From an uncultured virus (IMG/VR IMGVR_UViG_3300044996_000613) (taxonomy: Duplodnaviria > Heunggongvirae > Uroviricota > Caudoviricetes), in IMG/VR virus record IMGVR_UViG_3300044996_000613: a stretch of 64,000 nucleotides of DNA. One strand, 5' to 3'. The translations under genes were made by a program, and so were the position numbers. Shown here in pieces: positions 44,114 through 55,100 of this stretch. Below the pieces are notes generated by a model, which searched no databases, had not been told where the DNA came from, and saw only the letters and a list, made by a program, of their open reading frames with translations. Position 1 is the stretch's first letter. Each line of letters starts with the position of its first letter.

Positions 44114-44301
44114 GTGGCGTAGGCAAACTCAATGAAGAATGGGTAGTCTACACGAACAATTGCGCAACCAATTAGGTTGGCAAATCCAGAGCTTTCTCCA
44201 CTCTTCTTGAATCCAGCCGACGCCGACCTCACTGGTGGCACCTTCTCCCACCCATGGGTGTAAGTGCGGTGGGTGTGGCCTTGCTTGACTGTGTTATTCA
44301 T
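44110..44301 (-). CDS. small hypothetical protein
   Basis: GAGGG RBS, directly downstream of the peptidase. Confidence 0.4.
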   Translation of the reverse strand: MNNTVKQGHTHRTYTHGWEKVPPVRSASAGFKKSGESSGFANLIGCAIVRVDYPFFIEFAYAT

Positions 44302-44316
44302 TCGTCCCTCAGCTAA

Positions 44317-45252
44317 CTAGTTGGCCTTGAACTGCACCAATCCGTACCCGAACAGCGGATCGCGCCCTGGCGCTCCCAGGTCCATGGCGTCGGCGCGCAT
44401 GTTGTCCCATACGAATTCGGCCATGGTCATGTTGTTGGGCTTGGTGTCTCTGAGAGACTCCCAGTATAGCGCTGCGACACCAGAGACCACAGGACAAGCC
44501 ATGCTGGTGCCCGACAACAGCGAGTAGCTATTGGTGGGCCAGGTTGAGTAGATGTCGGTGCCGGGGGCCGCGATGGCCACGCCTGGCCCCGGTGAAGAGA
44601 AGTCGGCGTGGTTGTGCTGCTGCCCCACAGCCGCCACTGCGACGACCTCCTCCCACCTGGCGGGGTAGTCCACTGCATCAGCCGTTGGAGGAAGCCCACG
44701 GCCGTCGTTCCCGGCAGCAGCGAACACCAGCGATCCAGCCGCCCGAGCATCCTTGATGGCCTGGTGGACGTTATCCGGTGGGAGGTCGTTGCAGCCGAAC
44801 GACATGTTGATGATGTTACAACCATCTGCAGCGGCGGCGCTGACGGCATTAGCAACCCAGTCGTAGTCGCCCCACCCAGAGTCAGAGAGCACCTTGTAGA
44901 CGTACAGGGAGCACTCGGGGGCTACTCCCACAACCCCGATGTCGTTGGCTCTAGCTCCGATGATGCCGGCAGTGTGGGTCCCATGACCGTCTTTGTCGTC
45001 TAGACTACTGCCAGTGAAGTCCTTGAATGAGACGATGCCGTCCTTGAGATCGGGGTGGTTTGCAGCGCACCCGGAATCCAGGATACCGACCTTCACCCCG
45101 GCTCCGTTGACACCCGTCTCCTCTGTACGAACGACCTTGACACTCCAGTCTACGGTCTCCGAGAGAGACGCCATCACATGAGTGGGATTGCTCGGACGGA
45201 TGAAGAATGCTCCGCTACCCATAGGAACCGCCTCCTTATGGCGTTGTGCCAT
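44317..45252 (-). CDS. subtilisin-like S8 serine peptidase
   Basis: Catalytic triad ILDSG, HGTHTAG and GTSMACP. Oxyanion motif AAAGND. Confidence 0.95.
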   Translation of the reverse strand: MAQRHKEAVPMGSGAFFIRPSNPTHVMASLSETVDWSVKVVRTEETGVNGAGVKVGILDSGCAANHPDLKDGIVSFKDFTGSSLDDKDGHGTHTAGIIGARANDIGVVGVAPECSLYVYKVLSDSGWGDYDWVANAVSAAAADGCNIINMSFGCNDLPPDNVHQAIKDARAAGSLVFAAAGNDGRGLPPTADAVDYPARWEEVVAVAAVGQQHNHADFSSPGPGVAIAAPGTDIYSTWPTNSYSLLSGTSMACPVVSGVAALYWESLRDTKPNNMTMAEFVWDNMRADAMDLGAPGRDPLFGYGLVQFKAN

Positions 45253-45676
45253 TTCTCGCGTGGTTCACCAGGAAGTTGATGATGTCCACCATCTCGATAC
45301 CCATGAAGTTGAAGACAGCAGACATCAGGCCCAACATGGCAACAACGGTAGCTGCCCGGATAGTCCAAGTCTTCCAGGCAACGCCTCTTGATCGCTCCGC
45401 CAACAACAGCGCACTGAGGTCAGCCCTACACTTAGAGCAGCCCTCGACGTGTTCGTTTATTATGTTGTGGAGATCGGTAATCTTGTCCTTAAGGTCTCGG
45501 ATGTCGCGCTCGACTTCTCCTGCAAACCCGCCTACTTGCTCGGAGACCTTTATGAGACCAGAACCAAGATTACCAAGAGCCTGGCAGACGATGAGCGCAG
45601 TCTGTAACTGCCCTGAAATGCTCTCTGGCTTGTCGCCCGGCCCTGTGGGTGTCTGGTTCTCCTTGTCCTCTTTCAT
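45236..45676 (-). CDS. coiled-coil protein with C-terminal TM helix (XhlA/holin-like; start reassigned to ATG 45676)
   Basis: Heptad segment 'VERDIRDLKDKITDL' followed by hydrophobic 'AATVVAMLGLMSAVFNFMGI'. Confidence 0.55.
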   Translation of the reverse strand: MKEDKENQTPTGPGDKPESISGQLQTALIVCQALGNLGSGLIKVSEQVGGFAGEVERDIRDLKDKITDLHNIINEHVEGCSKCRADLSALLLAERSRGVAWKTWTIRAATVVAMLGLMSAVFNFMGIEMVDIINFLVNHARNGTTP

Positions 45677-45821
45677 CGTATATCGCCTTCGTTCTCGCTG
45701 CCGTATGCGCCTCATCGACTCTGACCTCGACATCGCTGATGGCATCACCCATCCCCAGTTGAATCATCTCAGCCAGTGTGTGTCCCTTGTGCAGTTCTTC
45801 CAGTGCAACTATGTATGACAT
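45570..45821 (-). CDS. hypothetical protein
   Basis: Coupled to the upstream gene. Its 3' end overlaps the next gene. Confidence 0.4.
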   Translation of the reverse strand: MSYIVALEELHKGHTLAEMIQLGMGDAISDVEVRVDEAHTAARTKAIYDERGQGEPDTHRAGRQAREHFRAVTDCAHRLPGSW

Positions 45822-46135
45822 GGGGGCTCGCCTCCATCACGGCAGAATGCCAGGAACGCACGCTGGCCATCACCAGTAGCAAACTGCCGGTCGAAGTCCT
45901 CTAGCTCCTGGTCGGTGATGGGCCCCGCACCAGTCTGCCTTTTCTTCCCTGCTGAGCCGGCACGGGTGGTTACGCTGGTGAGCCCGAAACACCCCGGGCA
46001 TGCGAAGACTGCCACGAAGTGGCTGGTGACACGATCCCAGCGGACATCAACAAGCTGATCGCTCCCCAACATCTGCTGGCACCCAACGCAGCTTATGTGG
46101 TCTGGCAGATTCACATTGAAATTGACTCGCATCAT
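45809..46135 (-). CDS. small Zn-ribbon protein
   Basis: CVGC...CPGC, C-terminal 'PITDQELEDF'. AGGAG RBS. Confidence 0.6.
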   Translation of the reverse strand: MMRVNFNVNLPDHISCVGCQQMLGSDQLVDVRWDRVTSHFVAVFACPGCFGLTSVTTRAGSAGKKRQTGAGPITDQELEDFDRQFATGDGQRAFLAFCRDGGEPPCHT

Positions 46136-46156
46136 CGTCTCCTACAGGAAGTATAC

Positions 46157-49100
46157 CTAGTGACCGAAAGCGGCCCAGTGGAGGGTCCCGCCTTCAGCGA
46201 CCTTGACCTTGGCCCACTTGGTGGTCACGTCCATGACGTGGGCGCTGCCAGACTCTTCTCCACTGAGGTAGGCAAACACACCTGGAATCTCCCGATAGAC
46301 CACCTGAGCCGCGTTGATCGAGCCTGTGTCTGCTGCCGGGACCACACGGTTGTTGGCGAATAGGATGTACCACTCGTCGTCGGATTCCTCGCTGATGTAG
46401 GCACTTCCCGCGTATACCCGGAGGTCGAACTCCACACGGAGCCCGACGTAGTCGGTCACGAGCTTGAAGCTATCCAGCGGCAACCGGCGCATGGGCACAA
46501 CGGCTAGCCACACCTTGCTGACGCCGCTGTCGCTACCGACGAACCTCGATAGCTCGTAGTCAACAGATCGCAGGTCGATCCATCCCTCTGCCACCTCATC
46601 GTCGTAGATGAAGGGGCGCCCCCTGTTGATGAACCTCCAGCGGTTCTCGACGTGATCCCAGGCGAACATTATGGCGCAGACGATCTCACCGGCTGTGTCG
46701 ATGGCATAGCCTTGGAACTCCAGCCAAAGTCGGCGTAGCCCGTAGGTCGGCAACACTCCGCCGGTAGGCGTCTCCTGCCACGGGTTGGTCCTGAGCGCCT
46801 GAAACGCCCCAAACTGCCGACCAACGTACTCCGTTTCGTCTAGCAGTCCGGTTGGGAAGACCGACGACACATCGAAACCTACCATCAACACGGGGACGTA
46901 TCCGGTCCCGCGTGGGGTGATCTCAGCCTTCACGTTGTCCAGGGCAATGATGGCTTCGCTCTCTTCTCCTGTCAAGCCACGTGGTGTGGGGGCGTGCCCC
47001 TCGGCACCCCCTGGGGGTGGGGCCGGTAGTTCGTCTCCATCAGGGACCACATTGTAGGTCTCAACCTCGACTACATAGGCATCGTGGTCGATGACTGCCG
47101 ACGCCGTGAATCCCCCTCCAGACTGGGCCTCCTGATCGGCACGCAGAGCACCAAAGCCGGAGCCGGCGAAGCCTGTATCCACATATCCATACAGCAGTTG
47201 GATCGACGATGGGAATGAGTCGCCGGCGCATCCAAACTCGAACTGCCCAGGCTCGGGCTGGATGATGATGCTGTCGTACAGTGTGCGCCCCTGAGAGCGG
47301 TCCACCAAGAACGGTTCGATGCTGAAGTACAGCGTGTAGCCAGCCGAGACAGCAAAGTAGGACTCGTACTTGCGGTCCACGTAGTCTTCGACATCCTCCC
47401 AGTTGTCGGTTTCGTCGATTTCCATGTTCAGCTTACGGACGTACACCCTGGTTACCGGGTGCAGATTTGGCGATGGGACCGTCACTAGGCCGAATGGCTC
47501 GTTGGAGTTCAACTGGGTGTACTCGGAGCCAGACGGCAGCGAAGGCATGTTGACCTTGAAGATGGTGTACTCCCCATCTCCATCCGCGTTTCGCGACAAA
47601 ACCGGGGTGTCCGACCCGATGTACCCACCGGGCAGTGCGGTATTGACTGCCCTGATCGGGCTCAGCGTTGCGCTCGCCGTCCCGAAGTAGCATCTCTTCT
47701 TTGTTGATCCGGCCCCCTCACTGCCATCCATGCCAAGCGCGACAGCGTATACGTACCAAATCAGAGGACTATCAATCTTCTTCGTAAGTACTGTGGTCCC
47801 AAGCAGCGCCACACCGGCCGACGCAAATCCGGATGTGGGGGTGTTACTAGCATAGAGCTTAACCCCACGTACCCAGTCAGCCGGATCGTAGTCGTCCCAC
47901 CGACTCTTGATCCACAGCCCTTGGTTGGACGAGTCGATGTCGTCATCATCCCTGTGGGCGACCTCAGTGACGAAACCACTAGGTGCCGCTGGGGCGCCCA
48001 AGCCATCGAACACGGTCATCTTTGTGCTGCTGTTATACGGTTGGCGATACCCTGAATTCCAGGCTTCAGTGTACCCAACTGCCAACTGGACGCTGTGGCC
48101 ATAAGACGTGTCGGCCACCTTGACGACGAATCCAAAGTTGGGGCGTCGCAGCAGGACGGCCTCTCGCACGTAGTCGGACACGTCGAACGCCACGTAGTCG
48201 CTGGACGAACTGATGACCTGGGTATCCACCAACTCCAGGTTGGTCGGTCTGTCGTCCCAGTAGATGTAGTAGCCTCCGCCGGATCGGGGGTCGAACTCGT
48301 CATCAAGCACAGCGTAAAGCTCCAGCGTCACCGAGCTTCCGCTGCAGTACTGGACACCAAGGGCTACCTCTGACCTCATGATCGGAGGTACTTGGTTTCC
48401 TGGACGGTCGCGAGTCACTAATGCGCCCGTGTCTGTGTTCCAGTAGGAATATATGTAGTAGTTGAAGAAGAAGAAGCCCCACCGATCTTGGGTAGAGTTA
48501 GAGACTTCAACGTATGCGGATGAAATTGGATTGTAGTAGCTGTCTTCGTAGAATCCACAGAAGAAGTAAGACAAAGTACGCCACAAGTCGCTCTCTGGTG
48601 CCCCGTCAATATCATCCATGACATACGAGTATTCAGGGATGCTGCAGATGTAGGTACTAGGGAGGCTTACAGAGAGCGGAGCAATCTCCGACATTCTACC
48701 GTCCGAGTCGAGAGCCACAACGGCGTAGTAGGCATTTCTCGTGGAGATGCCATCAAACTCGTTGTCGTCGTAGTAGGTTTCGGTTATCGGTGTGCCCGTC
48801 AACCTTGTCCACTCATGCCCTGTTATACCCTTGCCGACCTCATAGCGGCGCCACACATGGTAGCTGATGGGCTCGAAGCCAATGCTGTCGTCAGCCCGCT
48901 TCGTGGGGGCGCTCCACGAAATACGCTGCCCAGTAGCCTTGAGTGTAGCAGCCAGCGACGGCCGGCCAGGAGTAGCGAACGCGGGGGTCCCGGTCTTCCA
49001 GGTATTGGGCCGGCTGCAGGGATGAGATGTGGTGGGACTTTGAGCCTGCACCGAGAACCACATGTTGTCATGGTCACGCGGATTGTAGGTGAAGCTGGTG

Positions 49101-52100
49101 TCCACGATGTCCTCGCTGATGCCCGCTGCTGACAGGTCGCTGTAGAGGTAGCGCACATGGTAGGCATCGCAAGTGATCGTCGCACCAAGCTCATTCAGTG
49201 TCACCGGCGTCCACGAGACGTAGACCTGTTGGGTGCGGAAGTGCGCGCGGTTCACCTGATCGGTGTCTTCTTCACAGTTGGCAAACTGGAACTCGACCTC
49301 CAGGTATCGGCCGGTGTCGCTGATCGACACCTCGGAGGCGAGATCGGCCAACGGCGACCACGGCTCCCCCGTCAGCCCGCCCTCGGTCTCTGCCGCCCTG
49401 TAACGAAACTGGATCGTCCCCCCACCACTACCGAGCTTGTAGATGAATCGGGCCTTATCCCAGGTGGCTCCAGAGAACCCGGCATCTAGGACATAGTTGG
49501 CCGTACCGGCAGTCTGGCCCGTATCTAGCGTCAGGTAGCCGTCGTCATTGGCTGACCAGCCGATGTCGAGTTGCCACTCCTCATCGGAGTAGACCTTGAT
49601 TGGGAGGCTCCCCCAGGTCTGTACCCCCTGCCGCACCATGTTGCTGACTTCGCTCATGTTGGGGGCATACACCACACGTACTGCTCCCGGCTGAGAGTCA
49701 ATGAATGTGATCTTCTTCCCAGTGATCTCATACTCGCTGCTGGGGACAACCAGCCCAGTTTGTAGATTTCGAACGTGATGGACCGTCGTCGGCGTGTAGG
49801 TTAGCTGCCCTTCCTTCGTCGCTGGGGTCTGGTACTCCACGTAAATCTTCTCTGCATCGTGGGCAGAGACATCGTACACGTAATCGACCTTCGGGAAGCT
49901 GTTACTTGTGATCGTGAACGAGATACTGACGTTCCCGTTTTGCGTCACGATGAAGCCCATGTTGCGCTTGGCCCCGGTCTTCCACGCCTCCAGGTAGGTA
50001 GCGATGTTGGCGCTATACTCGTAGGTGGAGCCCGAGACCAACGAACGGGTCATCGTGCAGATAGGAGTCGGGTCCACGTAGGATGTGGTGAGCGTCGCCT
50101 GGTCGCCGACTTCCTTGATGACCTCGTAGAGAGTCAGGTCTACGGGGTTGGGCGAGATGCCCGCTGGCATGGTGAGGCGCAACCGCAGAGTGGCGCTCGT
50201 GATCGTCCGCTGTCTTGCCCACATGTAGAACGCCCAGCCAAGACGGAAGAACAGTGGGGAGCCCCAACCGTCCTTGAACTGCGAGTCGAGCTTCTCGATC
50301 TCGGTCCCCTTAGGGATTCCAAGTTCGTTGTTATGGAACCCGATGGAGCCAGTTTTCCCGCCGTCGTTGGTGTAGGTTTTGGTCAGGCCGGTTGCAGCCC
50401 CTTCGGCCGCCAGCGGCCTCTGTCGGGAACCAAAACGAATGTAGCTGTAGCTATCTTCGTTGGATGGAACCCAGTAGCTCAATTCCTTCACGCAGCGGTA
50501 GACATCCCCGGCTCCATCAGGAACCAGCCAGACGCGAGCCGACCCGATGCCCATTGGAGGGTGAAGGACGTAGAAGTCCTGTGTCCCGGTCCCTGCGCCA
50601 GTATCATCTCCAGTGCCGATATACTCACCCCACCACTGTCCGTTGTCGGAATCGAAGTATATATCGTCGGCGAACACATTGCCGTCCGTGCCGAACGACA
50701 TCTCTTCATATGGCTTGTAGGTGTAGTAATTGGGATACGATCCGCCCGCGAAGTAGTCAGCGTAGTAGTAGCCATAGTAGTCATATGGTGTGGCTTCCCG
50801 GAGGTCCCAGTCGGCCATCCATACCTTGAGTAGATCAAGTGATGCTACATCTGGGAAGAACCCAAGCGGCAGGTTGTAGGTGTCCCAATCGAAAGCCAAC
50901 GGCACCATATCCGGGCGCACGATGCTGATGACCCCATCCGCCGAATCGGTCTTCACTTGGAGGTTGGAAATCGACTCGTTGTTGCTCCACTCATCAGCGG
51001 TCCCAATGACCTCTCCGCCCTTGACTGTGAACGAAGGAGCCAGCGGGCGATCTTCCAGCGCGATGCCGGACGGAATCGCAGATACGGCGCTGCTCTTGTC
51101 GCCCTCCACACTCAATCGCACAGCCGATACGCAGTACCAGTACGTGTAGCCGTTGGTGAGCCCGGTGTCGGTGTAGGTGGTCCCACTGATGAGACTGGCA
51201 TTGACACGGGTCCATGGCCCGGCCGAACCACCGCCGCTTTGTACACAGCTTCGGTAGACGATGTACTGGCAACCAGAGATCAGGCCACCAGCGACATCCC
51301 TGGTCACTGCGACCCAGTTGAGCACAACCTGCTGGTTGCCAGGTGTGGCGGTAAGCCCGGTAGGGGCGGATGGTGCCGGCGACGCGCTAGGGGCCGCATT
51401 CTGCGGCTGGTTGTACGAGTTGGTGGCGGGGTCGGTGAGCGACGAAACGTCGCTCTCCCTGCCATCTGCCGTATAGCAGGCTACCTTGTACCAGTACGTG
51501 GTACCATTGGTTAGCCCTGTATCGTTGTAGCTCGTTCCCGAGATCGTAGCGATCAACGAGTAGGCTGAATTGTCGAGGCTGCGGTACAGCCGGTAGCCCA
51601 CGACGCTTGTGTCCCCCGACGCAGCCCACGAGATGGTCAGCCGCTGGTTACCAATCGTGATCGGGTACATGTACGGCGGGGCTGGCGGGTAGACATCAGC
51701 CAGGTTGAACGAGTGGACCGCCACATTTGAGCCGTACACATGCCCCGCGAGCGCATCAAGGCCCTGCGCAGCAGGGGGGGCCTGTGACAGATGGCGGAGG
51801 TCGATGGGCGCCCCAAACGTGTCGCCGTCGTCATCGAACTCAACAACGAAGATGACGGGCTTGTCGGGCCATCCGGCAGTCCGATTGTACCAACCGAAAT
51901 CCACCTCGTTGTACTGGTTCTTCTCAGCGCAGCAGTAGTAGTAGCCATCCCCTTCGCCGGCTGGTGACCCCACATCCACCCACTCTCTGACCGCCATGTC
52001 GGTGCGCTCGGTGCGGTACATTCCGGGGCCGACTTCGATCTCGGTGGCGCTCTTCTTATTGATGGCCAGACCGAAGTAGATGGCTTCTCTGTGCTGTTGC

Positions 52101-55100
52101 CCCAGGCCGCGCTCAGCCTCAGTGATCTGTTCTCGGTGGAGCGCCCCCTCCGTACCAGTGAAGATCAATGGATGGAGGTTGACCAGGTAGGAGCACCACC
52201 CATCATCGGCGTCCTTGATCGGCCGGTCGCCACGAAGCACGATGCGCGCCATCTCCAGGCTACGGGTCTGGAGTGCAGGTGGGTATCCATCGGCCCCCTC
52301 TACCCCTTCGTAGACCGCAAACGATGTCCCGGCGCTGATTTGGCAGCTATCCGTGCGCTTGCCCCAGTGGCGGTAGGTCACATCGTACTCCACACCATCC
52401 ACCGGATCGAAACCGGAAGGCGTCCAGTCCACCCGGTCGAGACCCACCTCATAGTCGTGCTCGATGTCGATGTCGTATGCCGCCCCTCCGCTGTGGGCGG
52501 CCTCGGGGACACCGATCAACGCAAAGTTGTCGAACTTGACCGTGCCGGTCTTGTTGTCGAACACAATCAAGACCTCACCGTGACTGATGTAGTCAGTCGG
52601 CATGTAGTCGTAGGTGACCTCTTGCCAGGTACCCGATCCTACAGGCAAGGTGATCGTGTGGTCAAGCTCCAGCACATTGTCGTCGGTCCACAGCCGGAGA
52701 CGGACGGAAAGCTCGGCGTCCTCGCCGCCAACTGTGATGTTGCGCCAGTAGTCAAACGAGAGCCGCAGCGGACGCTTGGAGAATGCCTCTCCGCTGTCCT
52801 GGTCGATGCTGAACCGCTGCCGCACGTGGTGCAGTTGGCTGCCCGAGTTGCTGATTGCCAGGCACTTGGAACGCGGGTCGTTGGCGAAGCCGGCATCCAT
52901 GAGTGTGCGCTCGGCTGTGTCGATCTCGTAGAGCCAGTCCCAGTCCTTCCACCAGCGGTTGGCGTTGGCGGTTGTGTCTCCCTCACTGGCGTCCCAGGTG
53001 ATCGCACCGAGTACGACCTCCCAGCCATAGGGGGCACCAGTACCGTACTCAAAGTGCCCGTTGAAGATATGGTTGGGCACCATCCAGCGACCATCTTCTT
53101 GTACCCAGACCGTCACGAAGTCTGTGCGCATCAGGGCGCCGTTGATCCCATTGGCTGTGTATGTGCAGTGGGCCCGGACGTAAATGTACCCATCGGCCTG
53201 CACGTAGTCATTGAGGTCGGATGTCAACTCGCCCTCAAGAGCCATCTCAACGTCGGTGCCAAGGTTGTCGTCGTCGTAGTTGGCTAGCTCTTCCCAGCTA
53301 CTTCCGTTCCAGATCGACAGAGCCGCCCCATACTCTGTGGTAGCACCCACCGGACGCTCGCCGCACCCCTCCCAGCGCACCTTGATCTTCGATATTGTTC
53401 CGTTGTTCTCGATGTGCCGGAATCCGAAGATGTGCATGATGTACTCGCCGCTGGTGACGGCCGATTCGCTCTCGGAAGTGACGCCATCAGAGAAGAACAT
53501 GTTCTGATAGGTCTCGTCCTCGTCATTCAGCACGGGCTCACCGTTGCTCTCGAACCCGGCGTCGGTGAATTCCTGGGCTGCACCGGGGAGCGACTCTGGA
53601 TCGACAGCCAGTGTGCTGTAGGACAGGTGCCAGCCGATGTTGGTGTGGGCGTCGCTTCGCGGGCGACGTAGCGTGTGGTCACACCAGGCATCAGCCTCAA
53701 TGCGGCGGATGCTCTGAAGTGGGAATTGCAACCCCTCGATGGGGCTGTAGTGGGACCACACGTTGAAGCTGTTGGGTTCATCGGCCACCAGATCGAGCGC
53801 CACGAACGGATGGTAGGTGTCGCCATCGGCTGGGTGCTGTCGGATGGCGACGGGCTTGAGGACAGCCTTGTGGCGCGACGGTTCCCCGATGTTGTCTAGG
53901 ACTACCCGCTGCCCGTCGATGTAGGCGATCCCAGTGCTACCCACATCGAGATAGACGCTACGGCTAGGGGTTGTGTCGTCGTCGGCGTCGATGATTGTGT
54001 CATCGACGATCAGGCCGTCGCCACCTAGCTCATTGAAGTAGGTCAGGAGGATTTGAGGGATGAGGCCGGGCGCATCGTCGTTGCCTGTCCCCTGCCAGGA
54101 CCTGGCATCAGTGATCGACGACGCGGGGACGCGCTCTTCACCAACCAGTTCGTTGGTCATGTAGATGTAGGCTAATAGGATCATGTCGCTAGGCAGCGAT
54201 GGTGCCTCTGCGACTTCAGTGATCTCTACAGTCGTCCCCTGGAGGGCGTAGGTGACACCATCCTCATCCATGTAGAAGATGTCGAGACGGTGAAAGCCCT
54301 CAGCGCACGACCCGAAGCTGTAGGCGTGGAAGCCTCCAGCGTACTCACGGCGCCTGCCCTGGGCGTAGTATACACCAGAGGTAATGTAGACCTGTGATGA
54401 GCCGGCGTCGGTGGGATATGCCTGCACCTGGCACCCAGACGCCACTACGTTTCCGTGAAGCTCGTAGGTTCGCATACGGATGTTCTCTACGAGTGAATCG
54501 GCGTCTTCACGAGCGTCGATGCCTTCGTCTCCGGTCCAGATAACCTGGCGGCGCACATAGAGCACATTGTCCGACAGGGTGGCGGACTCTTCGTCAACGA
54601 TGGCGCCGTCGCGCCGGATAAGGACCCACCCAACACGCACGTGCTCTTCGTCCATGGCGGGGACCTGAGGAGACGCGGATGGTGTCCCGGTCTTCACATC
54701 CACCACCCCATCAAGGCCCAACTGCATGAGGGCGTAGCGGGGCAGCGCTTGGTAGTACTGGGCCCAGAAGTTCGTACCCGGCGTCGGATAGGCGAACTTG
54801 TCTGCCTTGAAGTGGACCTTACTGTCGTCAGTCAACTCGTAGTTGTCGGTCGGGACCGGCTCGGCCTGGTCAATGTCGCCAGCGTTGAACACACCCGACG
54901 TGACCCAGATGTACGCATAGTCCGACTCGACATCCACTGACGCCCCGCCAGATGCCACGTTGGCGGATGCTGCAGCCAGGTAGATGTCGCCACCGGCCCC
55001 CACGTAGTCCAGGACATTGCTACTGATCTGTCCGCTGATCTGGGTGATCGACGTTGTGGCCGTCCCCAGGCTCTCCCACTCGTCGGTGTCCCAGTTGAAG

